A DNA stretch of 63,812 nucleotides, the filler included, from Octopus bimaculoides (taxonomy: Eukaryota): assembly GCF_001194135.2 (NCBI RefSeq). It is 6 parts of 5 records of this genome, joined end to end, with 100 filler letters (N's around TTAATTAATTAA, not from the genome) between each part and the next. Parts side by side here need not be neighbours in the genome. Positions count along the whole stretch, not along the records: positions 46,372 to 54,521 come from NC_068982.1; positions 54,622 to 60,067 come from NC_069004.1; positions 60,168 to 63,812 come from NC_069000.1; 3 more parts are not named here. One strand, written 5' to 3'. Under the pieces are notes generated by a model that was given only the letters and a program-made list of their open reading frames with translations, searched no databases and was not told the origin of the DNA. The translations under genes were made by a program, and so were the position numbers. This document shows, in pieces, positions 52,454 through 63,812 of this stretch (positions within the stretch are counted from its first letter, which is position 1; every line of letters starts with the position of its first letter).

Positions 52454-53344
52454 AAAGAAAGAAAGAGACAGACAGACAGACAGACAGACAGAGATGCATA
52501 CATACATATAGAGACTTGCAAACAGCTTGCTTCTGCAAGTGACATCAATTGAACGCTCCACACACCAAACGCCAGTAGGTTTCAGGGATAATCAGAAAAA
52601 ATTGTGCAATGTTTCAGGGTGTTTTGCTTAAAGTTTTACGGCATACCAGTCCCCATTATTGTAGTGAGGCCCCAACCCAATGGATTGACTAATTTGTATT
52701 CAATCTTAAGTCCTTCACCTTAGGATCATCAGCACCAATCAAATTGTAAAATCATACAAATAGTCAAAGTTTGCAAGAGTGTTGGATAGAATACCACACA
52801 ATATTTATTATAAATTTCTGAGCTTTGAGTTCAAATCCAGCTGAGATTAACTTTTGCCTTTCATCCTTTCTCTCAGGATCAAAAAAAAAGTAGCAATCCA
52901 GAGCATTGGATTGTCAGACTTGTCAGAGCATCAAACAAGATGCTATGCCTTTTGATTCATGCAGAACTGTGTTTGCATCCTAGCATTTCAGGAGATGGTT
53001 TAAATTGAGGTACATAAAAATGTGCAAATAAATACACAAATATAGAACAAATAACAAAACTTTAGCATATATTTTTCAATATATTTTCTGACAGAAATTG
53101 TTTTTCATTTTTTCATTCATCATCATTTTCATCATCCCCATTTTAGTATCCACTTTTCCATGCTATTGAGGTTTATTTTCTGCAGCTAGATGTCCTTTCT
53201 GATGCATCACCCCCACCAGTTTCCAAGCAAGGTAATATTTTCTATAGCCAAGCATATGTTTCCACAGAGGACTGGAAACAAAACACAGTACTTCAGGGAC
53301 AGTGATGGCCATTTATAACCATCACATAATGTTGAGTCAAGAGT

Positions 53345-53381
<37 letters not shown>

Positions 53382-54020
53382 TACATAATGGTGAGCTTTT
53401 TTCAGATTCTGTCATCTACCAAACCTAAGAGCTAAAGCAGAAGACATTTACCCAAGAGGCTGAACCCAAGACCATATGGTCGGGAGGAAAACCTTCTTAA
53501 CCATGTACTAATTTCAATAATTACTTTAAATGAATTATTTTTCTAATCAATAACTTTTATCAAGTGCTTTTTTTTTAAAGAATGTAAAAAGTATCAGAAA
53601 AAATTGCATTGTTTATAGCCTTCTCTTTGGAAAGGTATACTTCTATACATTCAGCTTGGAACAGACGATCAGCCTGACAGACAGACAGAGACGTAGACAA
53701 ACAGACATTCAGGTAGACAACACAGGCAATCATTTATATATTTCAATCCCTTTGTTACCATAATTCTGTTGAAATACACTGCTTGTATTTCAATCAATTT
53801 TGAAAATAATGAAGAGTTTGGTAAAATTAGAAAAACTTTATTATTATTTTGTGTTTAGCAGGTATTAAGAAGGGTATCCGGCTGTAGAAATCATGCCAGA
53901 ACAGACATTGGATTGAAGCTTGGAGCAGTCTCCTGGCTCACCACCCCCTGACAAAGCATCCAACCCATGCCAGCACGGAAAGTGGATGTTAAATTATTAT
54001 TATTATTATAATTATTATTA

Positions 54021-54059
<39 letters not shown>

Positions 54060-54521
54060 CATTTTGATGATGGTGATGTTTGGAACACAACTAATACAAA
54101 ATGTCGATGGAAATTTTGAATTTAGATTATTTTAAAACAATAAGTTGGTGTCATACAACCAGAGGTGCACTTAGTTTGATATGAAATAAATTAAAATACG
54201 TATTTCTTTGGATTACAAGACCTCCTAATATAATTGCTGAACTCCAGAAGAAAGTTAATGTCCTGATCACAGTTCCATTAATGGAGTAGACAAAAAAAAA
54301 GGTTGGGTAAACAGTACATATTTCATAATCAAATAAAATTCATAACAGTTGAATCATTAACTTAGCCCCCCTGAACTAAGTACCCTGATAATAAAATATG
54401 TCAAGTGCAAATAACCTTCAGATATCTACTGACAGTTTCTGCTTTAACCACGCATATTGGGAGTATAGTTTTAAATATCAGTAAAAGGAGTGATCATATT
54501 TTAATCTGATGCAGTCTTCTA

Positions 54522-54621
54522 NNNNNNNNNNNNNNNNNNNNNNNNNNNNNNNNNNNNNNNNNNNNTTAATTAATTAANNNNNNNNNNNNNNNNNNNNNNN
54601 NNNNNNNNNNNNNNNNNNNNN
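54522..54621. other. Artificial scaffolding join
   Basis: Same 44N-TTAATTAATTAA-44N structure. Confidence 0.95.
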
Positions 54622-54658
<37 letters not shown>

Positions 54659-55107
54659 TATATATGTATGTATGTATGTATGCATGTATGTATACATATG
54701 CATGTGTGTGTGTATATGTAGAAATGCTTTTTCTTTTTGTTGAGTTGCTTGTTTGTTTCTTTGTTTCTTTGTTCAGCTTGCACATTATTTTTTTGCAACA
54801 CAAAAAGTGAGACACCGGTCATGTGCACCAATGCAGCACCAACACCACCTGCACAGCAGCAATATTTTCACTGTTTTGTTATCATCATTATCCCTCATTA
54901 TCACCATCAGCAGCAGCAGTACAGCAGCAACAGCGGCAGCAGCACTATCATCACCATTCTTCAAATTGAAGAAGAAGTAAACTAAATCAAATGCTTTATT
55001 TGCAGGACCTCACCTAACCCCATACAATTTCTGTGTAGAGATACAGATCAGTTTTGTCTTTCATCACACCAGGTTCACTAAAATACAATACTTATGATTT
55101 AAAAAAA

Positions 55108-55139
<32 letters not shown>

Positions 55140-55463
55140 CAGCTATTACAATGTTTACCAGGTTAGCAGCTGCCATAAATATTTTGTCTTTCCCATTGCT
55201 TATTGCTTATTCTCATCTTTTCTGTCTGCAGGCATATTGATCCTAGACAATTCTTTTTCTCTGCATTTGGAGATGAAGCCTCATCAATCAGATAGGAACC
55301 TGGCCAAACTCTCGTGGCTGAACTATAAGACCAAACTGAGTTCCATTTAAAATATTGCACCATGCAAACTATATTGGTTTCATTCCAATTTTATATGTAG
55401 CAGGATGGACACACACACACATACAGACATATATATATATATATATATGTCTGTATGCATGTA

Positions 55464-55549
<86 letters not shown>

Positions 55550-56759
55550 GCTCCCTTTCTTTCTATGATATATATGGAAGGAGAAAGGGGAAAAATGCTT
55601 CATCCATTTTATTGTTGACACCAATTTGTTCACAACTCTTTTGTTTTGCACATGCAGTCATATATGGAGCAGTACACACGTGTGTATGTGTGTTTGTGTG
55701 TGTCCAAGATACCATGGGTTACCAACAAATCCTAAATTCATTCTATAACCCAAATACAAAGCTGTGATAAATAAATGAATTTCTGCCTGTCTATGAAAAG
55801 TATTTTCAAAAAAATCGAGATCTCAGAATTTGTACCAAATCTTTTGAGCTGCTAATCTGCCATCACAGCAGCTGACAGTTTGCCTATGAAAAAGTCATCT
55901 ACCAAAACAATCATGTCTTTATGCTTTAAACGAAAAAGCCTGACTGATAATTAACTAAATTTTTGTATTTTTATAATTTCAAATTGTTTGTACCGATTCC
56001 ACTTAAATGAAGTGTTGACGGAATTTGATAAAACAGAACAAGTGCAAGAAAACTATCAATGCCCAGACCTATGTAAGGGCTGGGATTTGAGCTTTTTCTG
56101 CCTTGTTTTGGGTCTCTGCAACCTCACAAAACATAGGCAAACTGATTTGGCAAGTGTTAAGTGCTTTGGGCATAAACACAGTTCAATGCTTCTAATGAGA
56201 TTTGAACCATTAACTAGTTGGTCTAACTTTACTGGTTTGGACAACAGTGACCATTTTTTACACTGGCAACAATAATTATAAAAATAATGAAGAACAACAG
56301 CTGTGATAATTATTTAAGATAAAATCGAAGAAATTTTGAAATATACCAAACAAACAAAATTTTAATATCTGCGATGAAATAAACAAGAGAGATTCCTGGT
56401 GATGGAAAGATTTACACATAAAAATTTTTTATTGTTTGAACATTTAAAAAAAAGACGTTTTTTCTCCATTTTCTCAATTATTTTATTGTTTTTACTCATT
56501 TGGTAGCAAGAGTGACAGTTTCGATGCCATATCTTAGATGGATCTGTTCGTTAGTTGTCATTTTAATTACACAACCAATGAATGACATTCTCACATTTTC
56601 CATTTTTTATAAATTTTTAGCTTTTTAACAAAATTTTAAAATATTATTGCAACTAAATTTATGTCTGAATATCCAGGTTGCTGACTATCCTAATAATGTC
56701 CCATTTTATTGAAAGTAATATTGGTTAGTGACCATTACTGAACTTGATCGTCACATCCT

Positions 56760-57770
56760 AGTGACCTGTTCTTCTGGAGCAGCATTTCTTGTGAATGAGA
56801 AGTCTTTTGCAAAATGATAGCATCTGTTGCAAAGGATTCTGTGTCTGCAGTGAAGGTTCTTTCCTGCACACATGCTTTGATGCAACATCTGTTGGGTTCT
56901 GTTGTCCTACCCTGATATGCTGATGCAAGATTCTTTTCTACTTTGCTGATGGGTTAGAGATGTGGTCAGCCACTGTGTAACAGGTTTGGCCCAAGCTGTG
57001 TGATGTCCGAGGAGCAAAGTGTGAGACATGCTGGAGAGATCAACAGGGATCAGAATTTCAATGTTGATCACTTTATCTTGCCAGGATACTCCCAGAACAC
57101 AGCAGAGATCTTTCGTGGATGGTATTGAGTTTTCTCTCCTGCCTGGCACAGGTTAGACAAGTTTCATTGTCATACTGCTGTACACAAACAAAAGAGCCAA
57201 TGTATGCTGCTATCTTGACCAGAACTGTTAGCTTGTTCATTTACTCCAAATCCCTTTTAATGTTAGAAGAGATTCTTAGCAAAAGTCAATCCAAGATGGA
57301 AAATATCCAGTTCGTAGTTGTCAGTTGTGATGACTGATAGAGCCTCACTGTTTCTGTTGCTCTCTTTGAGATATCCTTCACTGTGATTCTGGAGCATGCC
57401 TTTCACAGGGCAACAGAAGGAATCTCAACCCTCACACCAGACTTTACAATTTCACCCACTTCAGAGCAAAAAAAAAAAAGGAAGTCAGCAATACTCTCAT
57501 GCCATTCACCACTGATGCAGTATTTGCAAGAACTTTCAGACACAAAAGAATCCCTTTTCACTGGGTTAGTAAAACTTTGGACCGAGCATCAACCTGGAGG
57601 AAAGTTGCTATATACAAAAATGTAATATGACTGTTGCTCATGTTTGTTAATACCGAAAAGCACAAAATCTGCACTGTTCTGACAAGCCATCATCATGTTG
57701 CTGTGATACACACATGCTTGCTATATTTGTTGCACAGCTATAAATGCACTTCAATTACAACTGCACCCTT
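56760..57770 (-). mobile_element. Decayed RTE LINE ORF remnant
   Basis: Minus-strand fragments ...KLTVLVKIAAY...YDNETCLTCARQERKLNT..., LCCVLGVSWQDKVINIEIL...DLSSM correspond to the RTE post-RT region (TYARQERRLNSFH..LRRILGISWQDKVTN). Many stops and heavy CpG decay. Confidence 0.8.
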
Positions 57771-58545
57771 GTAATTACTGCAAATGTTCACTGCATCAAT
57801 TTTTTTTTTTTAATGTATGTTTGAGCTCATTATGTTAAATAATTTCTGATTTCTTTTTTTATTTAATCAGCAATTAGTTGAGGGTTAACGACTAGTTTCA
57901 TCAGTAACTGCTTAAAGGTAAGAGTAGATATTCTTCTCTACCACCATGTTTGAAACTATAAATTCTTCAACTCCAGCAAAATTCCTGGTCTTCCAAAAAC
58001 TATGAGATCTTTGAACCACAACATGCAGTCCTAAAAATTTGAGTTCTTGCTAAACTTCAGATTTTGGGGTGGGGTCTTGTTTTCGTCTTAATCTCATATG
58101 ACAATCATGATTTGTTAGAACAGATTTTTTTTTTCCCAGGCAATACTAGAAAACAAATTTAGTAACTGAAGATTAAAATGGACAAGTTTTTTCTGTCCAA
58201 ATGTGTCTCGTCAGAAAAAGCCTTCAGAACTCAGNNNNNNNNNNTTTTTTTTTTTTTTTTGTTAAGCTTGTTGCAATAATTGCTTGAATCCACCAAGGTG
58301 GAGAATAAATACTGAAAAACCGTATAAAAGCTTCCATGCTCAAAAAGAAAAAAAAAACTCACAAAAAACATTTACAAGAGTAAAATACAATGAAATATAT
58401 ACAATCATGAATTTAAAGTTGCACAGAAAAACCATTAATTATCAACTGATTGATTTCAAAAAGCCAAACCTGGTCAATCAAAAGTAGCTGTGCTCAACGT
58501 GTTTATCAAAATTTACATAAACTGGTGCTCGTCTCATAAACTTAG

Positions 58546-58711
58546 AATCACTTTAAACAAAGTGTTGGGTGAAAAACCTAATCTGGGTTTAGCACCACCA
58601 CCACCAGGCCCTTAGGGGCTTACAGCAGAGGACATTCTTTCACAAGCATTGCTGGGAAATTTGACTGAATTTTGTAGCGAAATTAAATTCAACATGATTG
58701 AGCATTGTTTG
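58546..58711 (+). pseudogene. Exon-like segment with one in-frame TAG (pseudo-exon, or true exon 58616-58711)
   Basis: ITLNKVLGEKPNLGLAPPPPGP*GLTAEDILSQALLGNLTEFCSEIKFNMIEHCL followed by a consensus donor TTG|gtaagt. No homology recognised. Confidence 0.25.
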
Positions 58712-58944
58712 GTAAGTTTGACTGCCAAATTATTTATTTAGGTTAAATTTATCAAGTCCAGCAAATGCAGCCATTGAAGACATAAATTTGCTATGTGACA
58801 ACAAAGTAAAAAAAAAAACACTCTTCCTTTTATTTATTTATGAAATAACAATGAAACATTTTTTCCTGTCTTTTTTACTGTCTCAAGAAAATCTTTTCAA
58901 TTATTTTTCTAAAATAAAATCTTTCTAATAATGAAATCTCATTG

Positions 58945-59100
58945 TCATCTTTTTATTGTTTCAGTCATTAGACTGTGGTCATGCTGGGGCAACACCTTCA
59001 AGAGTTTTAGTCAAACAAATCAACACCTGTCTTTTTTTTTTTTCTTAAGCCTAGTACTTTTTCTATCAGTCTCTTTTGCCAAACCACTAAGTTACAGTGC
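58945..59100 (-). mobile_element. SINE family B, 3' half
   Basis: TTTATTGTTTCAGTCATTAGACTGTGGTCATGCTGGGGCAACACC...CTCTTTTGCCAAACCACTAAGTTAC. Confidence 0.8.
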
Positions 59101-59102
59101 AA

Positions 59103-59575
59103 GTGGTCATGGACCCTACACTTTGCACTTCTTGGCCTAATTACCGAATAGTTATGTGGTGATCCTCCAAAATGGCAGCTTCCACTTTATGGATGGCGTT
59201 GTCACCAATGGCAGAGTGTGGTGATCCAGGAATAGGAGCAGCTTCCACCAATGTCCAATCACAATTGAACTGTCAATGTCAGGGCTTGACTACGTTGTAT
59301 GATGGTGCATTGTCATCATAAGCAGCTTTCATCTCATCTAAAGTCTCTTTTGGTGTACAACCTTTCAAGTATAAGAACCTTATCATTGATCTGCATTCAA
59401 CTGCCTCCATTGTAACAGCTTAGTCCACTTCAGCAGCAGTAAAAGACAAATGAATCCTAGTGGAAAGCTGCAATTTACAATTTGACATATAGGGACATGT
59501 ATTATTATACCTGTACAAGTTCCGTTTCCTGCAATAACTGGGTCAGGGGAAATGTCTAATGAACAGCCCTCATAT
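59103..59575 (-). mobile_element. 5' part of a second, different mariner element (TIR plus N-terminal transposase)
   Basis: TIR-like TATGAGGGCTGTTCATTAG..TTTCCCCTGACC at ~59574-59541. ATG at 59410 gives MEAVECRSMIRFLYLKGCTPKETLDEMKAAYDDNAPSYNVVK*...IHKVEAAILEDHHITIR*, a mariner HTH region with stops. Truncated by a SINE at ~59100. Confidence 0.8.
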
Positions 59576-60067
59576 ATTTCCCTGGCATCCATGCATCATA
59601 CATGGACATTCCCAATTCTGCCTGACCTGTGCATCGTGTGATACCCACAGGACATATTTCTTTGGCATCCACAAATTCTATCTGATACATCTTTCCCAAT
59701 GTCTTTCAACTACCAGACAAACCCGAGACTTATGAAACAAAAGCTTTATATATATATATTACTCAGAACATACTCCAAGGGCCTAATTGAAAATCTGAAA
59801 ACAAACATGAACATTTACAAGTGTATGAAAATGCTTTGGACAAGCAAAGGCCCAATATCCATTTATCTATATGTGTACATCATCATCATGGTTTAACATC
59901 TGCCTTCCCTGTTGGCATGAGTTGGATGGTTTGACAGGGACTGGCGATGCTGAAGACTGCGCCAGGCTGTTTAAGCATGGTTCTTACGGCTGGATGCCCT
60001 TCTTAACACCAACATGTATCAGATGAAATTTTGTTGAGGTAGATTTTTTTACAGCCAGATGCTCTTC

Positions 60068-60167
60068 NNNNNNNNNNNNNNNNNNNNNNNNNNNNNNNNN
60101 NNNNNNNNNNNTTAATTAATTAANNNNNNNNNNNNNNNNNNNNNNNNNNNNNNNNNNNNNNNNNNNN
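60068..60167. other. Artificial scaffolding join
   Basis: Same 44N-TTAATTAATTAA-44N structure. Confidence 0.95.
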
Positions 60168-61300
60168 AACGCACGAACGATGTTATAAATAACAGTACCG
60201 CCGATAGTTGTTGTTGACAAACAACGGCACTAATATTATTCAAGGGAAAAGATCCCATAACACCGTTAGAATATGTTGTTTACATTCTACGGCAGTAATT
60301 GTTTTCACCTCAATAGACGTCAGTGATTGGTTGAAATTACCGAAATACAACTTTTTACATGAAATAACTTCGAATACAAAAATTTGTATCTGTTCTATAA
60401 CACAAAATATACAAGTATACGAAGTTTGAAAGTGTTTCGGTACCAAAAACACTACATAAAACATAAATGAAAAATGTTGCCCGTCAAACCAAAAAGATCC
60501 TAATGCTCTACCATTCCATACCAACCTCAAGAGCGTCCGAAATTAATAAACAATACTTAATTAAGCTTTTCAGATTGCTATTAGTCAATCCCAAATCCGT
60601 AGTCAAGGAGGCCATATGTGTACAGCAGCGTATTTCAGTGGCAGTTAACCTGATGATGCCTATCTCTTCTCCAAGTAGGATTGGTCATTAGTTTTCATTG
60701 GTTTACATGATAACTATATCATGTATAACTTAAGGTAGAACTAATAACTATTTAAAACCCTTCTGTCACTATTTCTGCTGTTGAAAACATAAGAAATGAT
60801 GAGTGTGTGAGAATATTATTTAATCTACACACATACAGGATATATATAATGTGCTTCTCACTCACTTTCTATCACTTTGTAGTCAACCATTTTATATTGC
60901 TTAAGATCGTCAAAGCAGATACTTTTGGTTAGATATACGTTTGATGGGGGTGAGGAATAGTGTATATGATGCAGAAGGTAGACAGAGAGAATCGGAAAGC
61001 TGTTGTAGTTGTTTAGTCCCACCCATGACAGTTGGCTTTTTTTAACATCAGACTGGCATAACTTTGTCCAGTATATCTTTAAATTGACTGGGCGTAATTT
61101 AAAGGAGATTTAGTTACTATTTCTACAACAACGAGACTCCATTTATTTTGCGTGGGTAGTGGGGAAATGGCGGTAACAATATGATAGTAGGGATGGGCGA
61201 TAGATTAAGATTGAGTCGATGGGCAAACAGGGGTAGAAATTAAATCGGTCTGTGCCTTATCGTTGTAGGTTTAATTACACACAATGAGAACCAAAGGGAC

Positions 61301-61694
61301 TGTAGGGAAGTGGTTATACACCATTAGGTGTACTCCGCTTCCGTACATTAAATTTCTTGAAGAAACAACGGAACGCAGATTCTGAACTATCAACACAACA
61401 ATATTTATTACAATAGAATTCAGCAGCACTTCGCCCTTTGGTTACTGAGACGCCGTCAATGAAGTTGCGTGGTTATTTGTGTAGCTCCAGAGTTGGAATG
61501 TTGGAGAGGGACTGCTACGACGTCTAGGCCCTTCGTCGGCCAGGGTGAAAGAGAATGAATAGAAGCGCGAAAGCTTGGATGTCGATGACTACGCATGCAC
61601 ATGAGACTCTTCCTGTATTCCTTCCGGAACTAGTCCCTGCGCATGCGTGGATAAACTTTCCGGAAATGTCGTCTGCTATTAAAGCGTCACTACA
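61301..61694 (-). mobile_element. Solo LTR (Gypsy-like), 394 bp
   Basis: Termini TGTAG...CTACA (5-bp inverted, TG..CA). 4-bp TSD GGAC at 61297-61300 and 61695-61698. AATAAA on the minus strand at 61409-61404. No internal coding sequence; CpG-rich. Confidence 0.8.
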
Positions 61695-63407
61695 GGACTA
61701 TTGAAATGTGATGTGCGATTGGGGGTCAAAGGTCAAAGAAAGAAGACGTCGTGAAAGTTTATTTACGCCTGTACGCTAGATTGAAAGAAAGGAAAAACTA
61801 AGACGGGGAGATATAAACAGAGTTAAGAGTAAGAGAGAAAGAGATGAAAAAGGAATAGGGAATTAGAAAAAAAAGAAAGAGATGAGGTAATATGAGAGAA
61901 AGAGGAATGGAGAGAGAAAATAGCGAAAATGAATGAAATTTGAGAAAAAAGAAAACGATTGAATGTTCAGATTCCACTTAATTGCGAGCATTTGAGAAAT
62001 TAGTTTCAAAGTCTTTCTAGAATTGTCACTTAACTCCACGTATCTCCTGCCCAAACCTAGTTTCCTATCGAGCTTTCCCCCTCCTCCTCTTGTAACCTTT
62101 TCTCTTTCCAACAATCCGTTCATATGCGAACTTTCGGAATNNNNNNNNNNNNNNNNNNNNNNNNNNNNNNNNNNNNNNNNNNNNNNNNNNNNNNNNNNNN
62201 NNNNNNNNNNNNNNNNNNNNNNNNNNNNNNNNNNNNNNNNNNNNNNNNNNNNNNNNNNNNNNNNNNNNNNNNNNNNNNNNNNNNNNNNNNNNNNNNNNNN
62301 NNNNNNNNNNNNNNNNNNNNNNNNNNNNNNNNNNNNNNNNNNNNNNNNNNNNNNNNNNNNNNNNNNNNNNNNNNNNNNNNNNNNNNNNNNNNNNNNNNNN
62401 NNNNNNNNNNNNNNNNNNNNNNNNNNNNNNNNNNNNNNNNNNNNNNNNNNNNTTGAAAACAGGAAAGACACATTAAATAATGTAGTGCTTGCTAAATAAG
62501 CTGAAATAGCCACAATCTGTAACGTATTCGTTCATAGATCTACTCTGTCAGAGCTGATTTGGTCCGTGTACATTATTTCTTTTCCTTAAAAATGGAGAAA
62601 AATGTCTTCCATTAGAATGTTTAATACGATCTCCCTCATTTTCTCCTTTACATTTCTTATGTTCCAATTTTTTACCTCTCTACCACCCAAACTCTTTCAC
62701 TCTGAATTTCTCGGTCTCCTCATTCATGTTTACTTTTGTTCATGTCGTCTCACTCATCTTTATCGATCATGTGTTTTATATTGCTACCTGCATCTGCAAG
62801 AGCGTATACTTCTAACCCTTTCTATTTGTTCGCTTTTCCTTGTGTGTTCTCCCTTCTTCGTTCCTCATTTTTTCTGTCTATTCTTATTTATATCTCTGAA
62901 TAATTTTTGAGTCACCTGAACACAATTTTTTTTCTCGTCTGTATAATTATACTATTAACATATTCAAGAGTGCAATCTTTGGATGACTGTTGAGGCGTGT
63001 TTCTATCCGTCAACCAATGTGCACATTTATAAATTGAGAAGTACTTGCATTTTTCTCTGTGTGTGTGTGTGTGCGCGCGCGCGTGCGCGCGCACACACAC
63101 ACACACGCGCGCACACACACACACGCACACGCACGCACACACACACACACACACACACAAACATATCAGTGCGTGTTTACTTAAGTTGTGTGTCGGTGTC
63201 TTTGCAATCGTTGTTGAGCTGTCACTGTTTCTGCCTTACACTTTTGCTTTCTCTCTCCCTGTTACTTAACGAAATGTTACATAAACTGTTATACACATAT
63301 ACATGCATATATATGTGTGTATATGTGTATGTATATATGTGTGTACGTAAAGCTTAGCTGTTTATTGTGTGTGCACAAATATCAAGTCATAAATGATAAG
63401 AGAAATA

Positions 63408-63700
63408 TCTATATATATAAAACAAAGGATGTGTCTGTGTTTGTAGTACATATACATTTCTACAGTTTTCAACCGATTTTCACCACACTTTACACACACA
63501 TTACTTATGTGGCAAGGATGGTCACGCACTATAACATTTTGCCCAGAGCTCCCGCATCAAGCGAGAAACCAGGAAAAAAGGTGTTTTACACGGATTTTTC
63601 TCAAAAAAACTTCTGCAGTTTCAACCATTTCTCTCCCTTTTCTGCATTTTTCAACCGACTCACCCTTTTCTCTCTCTCTGTTTATTTCTCTCTTCTCTCT
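63408..63700 (+). mobile_element. Helitron/DINE-like non-autonomous element, 5' end
   Basis: A|TCTATATATATAAAA start, then a TGTGTCTGTGT tract and repeated CAGTTTTCAACCGATTTTCACC-like subterminal motifs. No 3' CTRR hairpin identified. Confidence 0.5.
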
Positions 63701-63812
63701 CTTTTTCTTTCTCTCTCTCTCTCTCTCTTTTCTTTCTCTCTCTCTCTCTCTCTCTGGCTGGTAAGCAAGTTACTTATCACACAGCTACACCTGTGCCTAT
63801 ATATATATATAT

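Noticed and set aside
55014-55023. Possible GALT exon 1 (ATG GGG TTA G|gtgagg, giving MGL-DHQH...)
   Set aside because: Phase and donor fit, but it lacks the Phe usually found four residues before D/E-H in GalT proteins, shows no promoter-like context, and lies across an unverified join. Such a short match arises easily by chance.

Overview
Repeat-dominated eukaryotic genomic DNA, not prokaryotic. The SINE families and the microsatellite load look like an octopus (coleoid cephalopod) draft assembly; this is inferred from repeat content recalled from memory. Five artificial 100-bp joins (44 N + TTAATTAATTAA + 44 N) split the window into six pieces, so adjacency across those joins is not supported by sequence. 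The only confidently identified host coding sequence is one 170-nt minus-strand exon of galactose-1-phosphate uridylyltransferase (GALT, 51224-51393, equivalent to human exon 2). I could not find its other exons. The rest consists of dozens of tRNA-derived SINE copies from at least three families, RTE and CR1-type LINE remnants, two decayed mariner transposases, an intact hAT MITE with an 8-bp TSD, a solo LTR with a 4-bp TSD, a fold-back MITE, a Helitron-like 5' end, many microsatellites and a GAR-triplet array with a ~280-bp higher-order period. Almost all listed ORFs are microsatellite or N-gap artefacts. I found no convincing novel multi-gene system. The best leads are a CpG-decay domain around the GALT exon, an internally deleted (possibly spliced) RTE derivative sitting in an (ATGT)n tract, an exon-like frame split by one in-frame TAG, modular SINE architecture, and several unidentified low-confidence exon or regulatory candidates. 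SINE and LINE boundaries are approximate unless a TSD or TIR is cited.
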